Part shown: positions 9,806 to 17,404 of the stretch, in pieces
How positions within the stretch are numbered: position 1 is the stretch's first letter
Layout of the letters: every line of letters begins with the position of its first letter
Source of the DNA: an uncultured virus (IMG/VR IMGVR_UViG_2721755149_000018)
Lineage: Duplodnaviria; Heunggongvirae; Uroviricota; Caudoviricetes
Virus record (IMG/VR): IMGVR_UViG_2721755149_000018
Direction: 5' to 3' (one strand)
Length of the DNA: 23,587 bases
The notes under the pieces: generated by a model
What the model was told of the DNA's origin: nothing
What the model saw: the letters and a program-made list of their open reading frames with translations, nothing else
The model's database searches: none
Position numbers and translations under genes: made by a program

Positions 9806-11059
9806 CTATGCGGATTTTGCGTTGCGCCTGGACAGCAGGATGGCGGCGAGTGCAATGATCCCAATAGCAGCTTCGACGAGCAGGACCGCATCCAGCGGTT
9901 GCCGGAACCGTGCCCGAGTGAAGAAAACAGCCATCACAGGCCCGTTCAGTAGGAACAGTGCAAGAAAGAACTTCTCGGATGCCTGCACAGGGATGGCGGC
10001 TCGCCTGGCATACGCAAGCCGGAACAGACAGAGGACGACCACGGCGATGAACGATCCCCACGCAATAAGGGCATGCAGGATACTTCCCGCGTCCACCGCG
10101 GCAGGCGTGTTGTAGGCAGAAAAGTAGTTGACCAGTTTACCCGCATAGAGGGCGGCAGCATCAGCCGGGTGTGTGGCGATCCAGTCTATAGCGGATGATT
10201 GGAAGAATGAGCTGCGGGCAACCTCGTCCTTGCCGAGCGGTTTGGCTGCCTGATAGTAGGTGGACAGGTCCACAGACACACCACTGGCGGGTGTGGCGTT
10301 CGGGTTGTTGCCCAGGAGTAGGTTGATGCCGGATGAGGTGCTGAATGGGATGATAGAACCGAACGCTGCGAGGTTGCGGAGTGTCCACAGCGCAATGGGT
10401 GCGGTGAACGCCGCGCCGGCTACCACAAGGAACCGCAGACGTGCCACATGTTGCCTCCACATCACCCACCAGAGTACGGCAACACTCGTGAAGATCAACG
10501 TGGGTACAGCGAGCGCCATCAACGCGCCGAGCATTCCAAGTCCCGCAGCTTCCGCCCATGCTGCGGGGCGCCCATCGATGCGGGCGGCGAGCAGCCACAT
10601 GCCGAGTACGAGCGCCACCGCAAGTGTTTGCGGATAGAAGGTGCCGGCGGTGAACACATTCAGTGGATAGGCGAGGACGATGAGGCCCGCAACGATGCCG
10701 TATCGGCTTCCGATGAGGCGAACCCCGAGCTTGGCTGCGCACCACCCGGCGGCGATCAGGCACAAGGCGGGGATGATGGCGAGGGCTTTCGCGGGTAGCC
10801 CGATCGCGATGAACGGCACGAACAGGAGCGGCCATGTCGGCGGACGGTAGGCGGTCGGTTGCCCGTCCAGCATATAGCCATCGCCGGATGCGATGCTGTT
10901 TGCGATGGCTAGGTATTCTTGCTCGTCTTCGACGCTGGCGGTTCCTCCGATACTGGAACAGTAGGTTGCGACACCTATGATGGCGAGCCCGATTGCGATT
11001 TGCATGGCTCGGTAGATGGTGTTTTCGATTGCCTGGCGCGACTGGGTTACTGCCCCCAA
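9806..11059 (-). CDS. GT-C fold integral membrane glycosyltransferase (ArnT/PMT_2, GT39/GT83-like)
   Basis: Many hydrophobic helices. DExxY motif in the first loop (EDEQEYLAIANSIASGDGY), TAYRPPTWP, W..RN...FG, RFRQP near the C-terminus. GGAGG RBS 7 nt before the TTG start. Confidence 0.85.
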   Translation of the reverse strand: MGAVTQSRQAIENTIYRAMQIAIGLAIIGVATYCSSIGGTASVEDEQEYLAIANSIASGDGYMLDGQPTAYRPPTWPLLFVPFIAIGLPAKALAIIPALCLIAAGWCAAKLGVRLIGSRYGIVAGLIVLAYPLNVFTAGTFYPQTLAVALVLGMWLLAARIDGRPAAWAEAAGLGMLGALMALAVPTLIFTSVAVLWWVMWRQHVARLRFLVVAGAAFTAPIALWTLRNLAAFGSIIPFSTSSGINLLLGNNPNATPASGVSVDLSTYYQAAKPLGKDEVARSSFFQSSAIDWIATHPADAAALYAGKLVNYFSAYNTPAAVDAGSILHALIAWGSFIAVVVLCLFRLAYARRAAIPVQASEKFFLALFLLNGPVMAVFFTRARFRQPLDAVLLVEAAIGIIALAAILLSRRNAKSA

Positions 11060-11090
11060 GACATTTCCTCCCCTGGATGTTTTACGTTCG

Positions 11091-11129
11091 GCCCCTGCTG
11101 CCCTTGATTATGGGTGGCGGGGGCTTTTT
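11091..11129 (+). terminator. Plus-strand intrinsic terminator
   Basis: GCCCCTGCTGCCC-8nt-GGGTGGCGGGGGC-TTTTT. The stem needs three G-U pairs, so it folds well only on + strand RNA. Confidence 0.7.
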
Positions 11130-11136
11130 GTGCTGT

Positions 11137-11791
11137 CTACGCCTGCGGCAGCGCCCATTCCCACTCGACCGAAGCGACACCATCAGTCCACGTGTAGCCC
11201 ACAACCTCCGAACCCTCCGGGATTGCTACCACGATTTCTTTCGAATACGTGGAGTGCGGCAACAGGTTGGACATGTCTTGGCCGTCCATCTGGGCGCAGG
11301 ACATGGCATCCATGCGGATACCGGATTCGGTGGTGACACGCCCTTCCGAATTGACGGTGTACCAGGAGTACAGGTCGAGGGGTTGCGGGAATGACGGCGG
11401 ATTGTCGAACGTGGTGACGGTGAGGTTGAGGATTGCGAAGCCTGCGCCGGGATCATCGATGGTGATGTACGGGTTGCTGGCGTTGGGGCATTCTGTGGCG
11501 GTAATGCGTTGAATACGGTCGACGGTCATTTGAATGAGTTTCGTGTCGTCTTTGTTGAGGACTCCGAATGGTTCGCCCACGTTTTTGATGATGGCGCCAC
11601 GATTGTTGGTCACCGGGGTTGCGGCAGTCGTCACAGACTGTGTCGCGGCGGGGGTGGCTGTCACCTTCACTAGCGTGGACGCCGGTGCAGCCGCAGAACG
11701 CCCGGCAGTGGCCGGTGGGGGTGCGTCTGCGGTCGTGTCGGTAGTACTGCACGCCCNNNNNNNNNNNNNNNNNNNNNNNNNNNNNNCGCAT
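11137..11791 (-). CDS. Lipoprotein with Thr/Ala/Pro-rich linker and C-terminal Ig-like domain (signal peptide interrupted by N-gap 11757-11786)
   Basis: The 11137-11670 frame extends upstream to ...A-C-S-T-T-D-T-T-A-D-A-P-P-P at the gap edge (lipobox-type Cys). An ATG-CG (Met-Arg) lies at 11791 on the far side of the gap. Confidence 0.75.
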
Positions 11792-11801
11792 CAGAGTGGT
11801 C

Positions 11802-12098
11802 CTAGAGGATGGTGGGTGGATGGTTGCCGAACGTGCCATATGGGTCGCCGTGTAGGTACGCATCGTGTTGCGCATCAGCCCGAGCAGCAATCACGGCATG
11901 CTCCCGGCGGACAGCCTCGCGGCGCTGCATGAAGGTGGCGAGCGGCCACCAATACACGACAGTGACGAGCATGAGGGTGGCGAGCCCGAACACCGCGGCC
12001 CCGAACTCGCCCGCCACAATCAACTGGACGAGTACCACAGTGAAGAACACTGCGACCGGGGCAAGCAAAATCCGCGCCGCCCCCAATACCCCCCTCAT
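11802..12098 (-). CDS. Small two-TM membrane protein (actinophage family ending RADxQHxxYLxGDxxGxFGxxPP)
   Basis: GGGGAGG RBS before ATG 12098. Two hydrophobic helices and a recognisable C-terminal motif. The ORF-track start at 12434 is unlikely because it overlaps the integrase. Confidence 0.8.
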   Translation of the reverse strand: MRGVLGAARILLAPVAVFFTVVLVQLIVAGEFGAAVFGLATLMLVTVVYWWPLATFMQRREAVRREHAVIAARADAQHDAYLHGDPYGTFGNHPPTIL

Positions 12099-12256
12099 GC
12101 CGCCTCCCCGCGTTCGGTGTCTGTTATGTCCAGCGCAGCATAAACCGAAACCCGACAAGTTGCATAGACCCAAACCCGCCGTGTGGGTACAAACAACAAT
12201 GGCAGATCGCCCCCGTACTCTAGCGGCAAAACCCGCCTGACCAGCGCAAATAAACA

Positions 12257-12300
12257 GAGTCCAAGTCAGGTCACCTTGTGACGTAACCCGACTTGAACCC
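12257..12300. other. Candidate attP for the serine integrase
   Basis: 44-bp imperfect palindrome GAGTCCAAGTCAGGTCAC-CTTGTGAC-GTAACCCGACTTGAACCC (18-bp arms, 14/18 matched) centred on GT at 12278-12279, 14 bp upstream of the integrase start. Confidence 0.7.
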
Positions 12301-12301
12301 G

Positions 12302-12307
12302 TATAGT
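12302..12307 (+). promoter_or_regulatory. -10 element of a leaderless integrase promoter
   Basis: TATAGT lies 7 nt before the GTG start at 12315. No Shine-Dalgarno sequence. Confidence 0.6.
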
Positions 12308-12314
12308 CACCCAC

Positions 12315-13685
12315 GTGAAAACAGCCGTCTACACCCGCATCAGCTTCGACCGAAAGAACACCGGCGCAGGAGTCGACCGGCAACTCGAAGGATGCGAAAA
12401 CCTCGCCAAAGAACTCGGCTGGACCATCCTCCACACCTTCTCCGACAACGACATCTCCGCCTACTCAGGCAAGGTTCGCCCCGGCTTCGAAGCGCTCATC
12501 CACGCCATGAAAACCGGGCAGATCGAAGCACTCATCTGCTGGCACCCCGACAGGCTCTACCGGCACATGAAAGACCTCGAACGCATCATCGACATCGCAG
12601 ACTCCCAACACGTAGAGATCCGATCCGTCCAAGGCGGCACCATCGACCTATCCACGGCATCGGGCCGCATGGTGGCCCGCATCCTCGGCTCGGTGGCGCG
12701 GCAGGAGTCGGAGCATGCGGGGGAGCGCCGAAGGTTCGCGAACGACCAGCGGGCCGCGCAAGGGGTGTTCTACACGAGTGGTCCACGCACGTTCGGGTAC
12801 ACCCAGAAGGGTGAGCCGATGCCAGGCGAGGCGGAAGCTGTAGCGAAGGCGGCAGAGGACATCTTGTTCGGTAAGTCGATTCGTGCGGTGGCGCGGGAAT
12901 GGAATGAGCAGGGTTTCCGGACGACACGTAAACAGAGGGCGTGGACGGGCACTGCGGTGCGTGGAACGATTGTGAATCCACGTTATGCGGGTATTCATGT
13001 GCATCGCGGCAAGGTGATCGGGCGTGGCGATTGGGTGCCGTTGATCAGTGAGGACACTCACTATAGTTTGGTGGCTTTGATGGAGGATAATAAGCCGTCG
13101 TCTGATCGTTCGTTTGAACGTCAGTTTCAGGGTTCTGGTGTGTATTTGTGTGGGGTGTGTGGCACGCCGCTTTACCAGTTTTCCGGCGGGAAGCGTGAGG
13201 CCCGGTCTTATAAGTGCCCTAAGTATCATGTGGGTCGTAGTGTTGAAAAGTTGGATGATTATGTTTCGCGGCTGGTGGTTGGGTATTTGTCGCGTCCGGA
13301 TGCTCCGAATGTGGTGGATGTTGAGGAGCCGACGGTTGATTTGGCGGCTTTGAGGATTAAGCGTGATGCGTTGCAGGCTAAGTTGAAGTCTTTGACTGAG
13401 ATGTTCACGGATGACCATATCGACAAGGATCAGTTTTTGTCGGGGACTGCGGATGTGCGTGAAAAAATTGCGGCGTTGGATGCGCAGATGGTGGTGATCA
13501 ATAAGGCGTCTCCGGTGACGTATTTGTTGTCGCAGCGGGATCGGGTCGGGGAGGCGTGGGAGGAGTTGTCGCCGGATATTCGCGGGAAGGCGATTCAGGC
13601 GTTGATGACGGTTCGGGTGTTGCGGATGGCCCGGAAGTCTCCTCGGTTCAATCCGGATGATGTGGAGGTTCGCTGGCTGCTGTAG
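12315..13685 (+). CDS. int: Large serine recombinase (serine integrase)
   Basis: VYTRIS catalytic Ser10, DNDISA, RPGF, DRLYR. Recombinase domain (FGY...W....V...NPRYAG), zinc ribbon CGVCG..YKC, coiled coil. Confidence 0.97.
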   Translation: MKTAVYTRISFDRKNTGAGVDRQLEGCENLAKELGWTILHTFSDNDISAYSGKVRPGFEALIHAMKTGQIEALICWHPDRLYRHMKDLERIIDIADSQHVEIRSVQGGTIDLSTASGRMVARILGSVARQESEHAGERRRFANDQRAAQGVFYTSGPRTFGYTQKGEPMPGEAEAVAKAAEDILFGKSIRAVAREWNEQGFRTTRKQRAWTGTAVRGTIVNPRYAGIHVHRGKVIGRGDWVPLISEDTHYSLVALMEDNKPSSDRSFERQFQGSGVYLCGVCGTPLYQFSGGKREARSYKCPKYHVGRSVEKLDDYVSRLVVGYLSRPDAPNVVDVEEPTVDLAALRIKRDALQAKLKSLTEMFTDDHIDKDQFLSGTADVREKIAALDAQMVVINKASPVTYLLSQRDRVGEAWEELSPDIRGKAIQALMTVRVLRMARKSPRFNPDDVEVRWLL

Positions 13686-13737
13686 CGGGGTGTGGCCGCA
13701 CCTGCGCGACGTGTTGTTTAAACCGGTACTGATGTTT

Positions 13738-13743
13738 TAGTAT
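13738..13743 (+). promoter_or_regulatory. -10 element of a leaderless promoter for the RDF/HNH-fusion operon
   Basis: TAGTAT lies 6 nt before ATG 13750. TTGTTT at 13714-13719 is 18 nt upstream. AT-rich spacer. Confidence 0.55.
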
Positions 13744-13749
13744 GGGTGC

Positions 13750-13923
13750 ATGACTAGTGGTGATGAGCGGGCTGCGGTTGCGGTGGCGGAGTTGGATGAG
13801 CGGGTGCGTCGGATGGTGGAGGCTGCGCCGGCGTGGACTGATGTGAAGCGTGAGCGGATTTTGGCGTTGTTCGCTGCGGATCGGTCGAGCCGGGTTGTGG
13901 ACAGCGATGAGGCTGCGGCATGA
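13750..13923 (+). CDS. Putative recombination directionality factor (phiRv1 Rv1584c-like), 57 aa, absent from ORF track
   Basis: MTSGDERAAVAVAELDERVRRMVEAAPAWTDVKRERILALFAADRSSRVVDSDEAAA. The core resembles the AAPPLTxEQRxRLAxLL motif of phiRv1-type RDFs. Directly follows the serine integrase and has an ATGA overlap with the next gene. Confidence 0.75.
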   Translation: MTSGDERAAVAVAELDERVRRMVEAAPAWTDVKRERILALFAADRSSRVVDSDEAAA

Positions 13924-15335
13924 GCGCGCGAGAAGCACTTCCGTCGCACGTCGCCATTGCTGAGCATTGGCTGGAGCATCAAGCTCCCAATTCTGGGATG
14001 GTCCCCGACATCAACCGACCCGCTTGCATGGCGTGCGGATGGTTCCCACGTAAGAATGTCTCAAGGTCGATCCACAAGGCTTGGAGTCAGGCCGGGCTAG
14101 AGCGGTGCCATATCATTCCCCATGCGCTTGGGGGGAGCGCTGACCCGGCCAACCTTGTCTTGATGTGCAGGGAGTGCCATGTCGACTCACCGGATGTAGC
14201 TGACCGCGAGTTCATGCTCGAATGGATAGCCAGGCGAGAAGATGGAACCTACTTCACGCGCTGTCATCGCGAGCTTGACAGGCACCCCGAGTATCTAAAC
14301 CTTCTGGCTGGCGTTCATGAAGGCGACATCAACTTGGCCGTCGACTACGCAGGATCGTATGTTCTGTCGAGTTCTGTATCGCACAGTGGAGCCATTTCGC
14401 CTGGAACATACGCAGCGTCTGCGATAGTTGGTCTACGCAAGGCGTCCTCTGTGGATGCTGCTACCGTCCATCGCCTCGTTGAAGTAGGTGAGCTAGATCG
14501 GCAGTTCAAAGCTGCGCTCGACGTTGTACTGGCAGAGAGAGATGCGGAGCGTATTACCGCTGCCGCTATCAAGTCGCATCGCAGAAGTGCAGAGGTCGGC
14601 GCGATCCGTGGTCGTCCGCCGTACGGCTACAGGGACATAAGGGATCGAACGGGAAAGATCACAGAGAGGGTCAAGGATCAGGCATCCTCTAGGAACATTG
14701 AAGAGATTGCGCAGCGCCTCCTAAGTGGTGAGCCCCTGCCTAGAGTCGTTGACGACTTCAATAGGCGCAAGATTGCTGCGCCAGGTACGTCGAAGGCTTG
14801 GACGAGGATGATTGCGGACAGGCTGCTTCGCGTTCCGCACTATGCAGGATTGCGTGTGCATCGCGGCGAGGTTGTCGGTGTTGGGTCGTGGCAGCCAATC
14901 TTTACGCCGGAGGATCGGGATCGACTGATTTCCATTCTCGACTCGCTGACTCGAAGTGGTGCCGAGAAGTACCTACTGTCTGGGATTGCTGTATGCAGCG
15001 TATGTGGGTCGACTGTTGTCGGCGTGAAATCGAAGTACACATCGTACGCCTGCTCAAGCGGGAGTCGTTGTGTGAAGCGCAGCGAAGATTTCGCCAACTC
15101 TGTCGTAGAGGACGCTATAGTGCATCGGCTTGACGATGCGCCAAAGTCGTATCTTGGCGGTCTTTCAACTCGGGCGGCATGGGAGTCCGGGTCCGCGTCT
15201 TTGCTGGATAGGCGCGCCATTGGGAGGGACTTAGTTGAGTCAATCACGATCATGCCGGTTGGGCGTGGGCGTATCCAGTGCAAGGATCGGGATGCAATCC
15301 GCGTAGTCCTCCGTTCGAAGGAGGTTGCGTCGTGA
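13920..15335 (+). CDS. HNH endonuclease fused to serine-integrase recombinase and zinc-ribbon DNA-binding domains (no serine catalytic domain)
   Basis: N-terminus: C36xxC39...ERCH64IIPHALGGSADPAN78LVLMC83REC86H87. C-terminus from ~aa 231: GRPPYGY...W......L..PHYAGLRVHRGEVVG.G.W.PI...YLLSGIAVCSVCG...YAC. Confidence 0.88.
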   Translation: MSAREALPSHVAIAEHWLEHQAPNSGMVPDINRPACMACGWFPRKNVSRSIHKAWSQAGLERCHIIPHALGGSADPANLVLMCRECHVDSPDVADREFMLEWIARREDGTYFTRCHRELDRHPEYLNLLAGVHEGDINLAVDYAGSYVLSSSVSHSGAISPGTYAASAIVGLRKASSVDAATVHRLVEVGELDRQFKAALDVVLAERDAERITAAAIKSHRRSAEVGAIRGRPPYGYRDIRDRTGKITERVKDQASSRNIEEIAQRLLSGEPLPRVVDDFNRRKIAAPGTSKAWTRMIADRLLRVPHYAGLRVHRGEVVGVGSWQPIFTPEDRDRLISILDSLTRSGAEKYLLSGIAVCSVCGSTVVGVKSKYTSYACSSGSRCVKRSEDFANSVVEDAIVHRLDDAPKSYLGGLSTRAAWESGSASLLDRRAIGRDLVESITIMPVGRGRIQCKDRDAIRVVLRSKEVAS

Positions 15336-15793
15336 GCGCCCCGAAGCGGTTTCTGGTGACGTACCGTCTGGAGGATTGGCGTCTGCGGGTGCGGATTCAC
15401 CACAACGACGGCACTTATCTGGGGGAAACCCACACCAAGCATCGTGATGTTTCGTTGGTGCGTGGGTTGGCTGAGTCCTACCTCAACTTCTACTTCAACG
15501 ACACGCATGAGCGTGCGGTGACGGTGTTCGGGTCTCGCATCACCGCGCCGAAGCGGAAGTCGCCGAAGGTGCCGGCGCGGGTGGTTGATCCGCGGGTGGA
15601 GGCGAACCGTCGTCGGGGGTGTCCGACTCCGGAGAAGGCGGCGTTTCGGTGTCGGGTGGATGCGGAGCGGGCGTTGGTGCATGCGTGGGCGCATCGTGAG
15701 CGGGGCGGGTATGTGCCGGTACGCGTGTACTCGGATTGTCGATGCAAAATGTGGCATCTGACTTCACGCTCCGAGTGGAGCAATGCCGCCTAG
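15332..15793 (+). CDS. Phage hypothetical protein with C-terminal Cys/His motif
   Basis: GGAGG RBS and GTGA overlap. C-terminal CPTPEK..F....A.....RVY..C.C..WHLTS motif common in actinophage small proteins. Confidence 0.75.
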   Translation: MSAPKRFLVTYRLEDWRLRVRIHHNDGTYLGETHTKHRDVSLVRGLAESYLNFYFNDTHERAVTVFGSRITAPKRKSPKVPARVVDPRVEANRRRGCPTPEKAAFRCRVDAERALVHAWAHRERGGYVPVRVYSDCRCKMWHLTSRSEWSNAA

Positions 15794-15817
15794 TTAATCT
15801 ATTCGGCATCACCATGT

Positions 15818-15856
15818 AGCCGCCGCTGTGCACGCTGATCGTGCATGGCGGCGGCT
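15818..15856 (+). terminator. Strong hairpin, likely terminator of the serine-integrase/HNH operon
   Basis: 17-bp stem AGCCGCCGCTGTGCACG / CGTGCATGGCGGCGGCT (two G-U pairs), 5-nt loop, 24 nt after the stop. Weak U-tract. Confidence 0.65.
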
Positions 15857-16189
15857 TCCGTGTAGGTTGACCAAAACCGCATTTAGATGCACTAGCGGAT
15901 TAACTAGCGCGTTCCCGGTTTGGTGCGTACTGGTATTATTGCAGGTGGGAGCGTTTTGCGCCTGTAGGTGGCATGTAATGCTTACAGTTTCGATGACTGG
16001 AAGCAATCCGGTGACGTGCGGAAACGACTCCACAAACACCCCCAAATCTGGCCGGATCTGGCTTCTATGGGTTGAGTGAAAGATTCACCGGATGCACCTG
16101 TTCCTGCATGCCGGAAACGTGGGTGGTGGACGCCCGCCCGCAAACTGATACATTCCTGCGTTCCACGACAACTACACAGCGGAGACGAC

Positions 16190-17404
16190 ATGGCTGCACG
16201 ACGCGACAACGGAGACGGCTCACTGTTCTGGAGCGAGAGCCGCAAGTTATTCATCGGGGCGATCTACCTGCCCAACGGCAAACGCAAACAGGTCACATCC
16301 AAAGACAAGGCTGCCTGCAAGGCGAAGCTGGACGCCCTCAAAGCGAACATCGCCGACGGGCTCGACCCGCACTCCGATCAAGTCACCGTCGCCACGTGGT
16401 GCAAGCACTGGCTGGAATCCCTGGCCCCGAAAACCGGCCGCCCGAACACGCTCGCCAACTACCGCGCCGCGGTCAACACCTACATTGTGCCGGCGATCGG
16501 CCGCACCAAACTCCACGACTTGAAGCCGCATCATGTGCGGGAGGTGCACGACGCGGTGGCGGCTGCGGGCCGATCATCGGGGACGGCGTTGAATACGCAT
16601 TGGGCGTTGTCGGCGGCGTTGGGTGCTGCGGTGGCGGAGGAGATGATGGTTCGCAATCCGTGCGATCGGGTGAAGGCCCCGAAGGTGACGCGGGAGAGGC
16701 GGGGCGCGCTCACTGTCGAGCAGGCTCAGCGTCTTCTGTCCACGTGCATGGAACGTGATGATCCGATGGTGTCGCGGTGGGCGGCGGCGTTGATGTTGGG
16801 GGCGCGGCAGGGTGAGCTGTTGGGGTTGACGTGGGATCGGGTGGACCTCGACAAGCGCACAGCGAATCTGGAGTGGGCATTGGATCGGCTGCCGATGGTC
16901 CATGGGTGTGGTGGGTCGTGTGGCGCTAAGTGGGCGTCCCGGTGTCCTCGGGCGGTGTTCGATGTGGAGGAGTGGTTCGAGTACATCCCGTTGTACAAGA
17001 ATTTGGCGTTGGTTGATCCGAAGTCGGATCGGTCCCGGCGTGTGGTGCCGATCCCTGCTCCGCTGGCGGCGCTGCTGGAGGAGCATCGGGAGCGCTCACC
17101 TGAGAACCGTCACGGTTTGGTGTGGGCAACGGACGAGGGTGAGCCGATCGATCCGGGCGCGGATTTGCGGGCGTGGAAGTCTGCGGTGCAGCGGGCCGGG
17201 TTGCCTCCGGTGGTGTTGCATGAGGCGCGGCATTCCACGGCGAGCATTCTATTGGAGTCGGGCGTGGATCAGGGTGTGATCATGGCGGTGCTCGGGCACT
17301 CGTCCATCATCACGACGCGCGGGTACACGCATGCTAGCGACAAGTTAGCGCGGGCTGCGTTGAGCAATCTGGATGTGTTGTTGGAGGAGGTGTCGGAGGG
17401 GTAA
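16190..17404 (+). CDS. int: Tyrosine integrase
   Basis: GGAG RBS before ATG 16190 (MAARRDNGDGSLF, typical arm-binding N-terminus). Catalytic set R (GARQGELLGL), K (PKS), HxxR (LHEARH), H (LGHS), Y (RGYTH). Cys-rich insertion HGCGGSCG....RCP. Confidence 0.96.
   Translation: MAARRDNGDGSLFWSESRKLFIGAIYLPNGKRKQVTSKDKAACKAKLDALKANIADGLDPHSDQVTVATWCKHWLESLAPKTGRPNTLANYRAAVNTYIVPAIGRTKLHDLKPHHVREVHDAVAAAGRSSGTALNTHWALSAALGAAVAEEMMVRNPCDRVKAPKVTRERRGALTVEQAQRLLSTCMERDDPMVSRWAAALMLGARQGELLGLTWDRVDLDKRTANLEWALDRLPMVHGCGGSCGAKWASRCPRAVFDVEEWFEYIPLYKNLALVDPKSDRSRRVVPIPAPLAALLEEHRERSPENRHGLVWATDEGEPIDPGADLRAWKSAVQRAGLPPVVLHEARHSTASILLESGVDQGVIMAVLGHSSIITTRGYTHASDKLARAALSNLDVLLEEVSEG

Noticed and set aside
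13920..15335. Second functional serine integrase
   Set aside because: It lacks the YxRxS catalytic domain and the coiled coil; the N-terminus is an HNH domain.
16076..16189. Longer GTG start for the tyrosine integrase
   Set aside because: ATG 16190 has an RBS and gives the typical integrase N-terminus; the extension looks non-coding.
15860..16190. tRNA or tRNA-fragment att core beside the tyrosine integrase
   Set aside because: No GTTCRAATCC T-arm or CCA-type end is recognisable on either strand.
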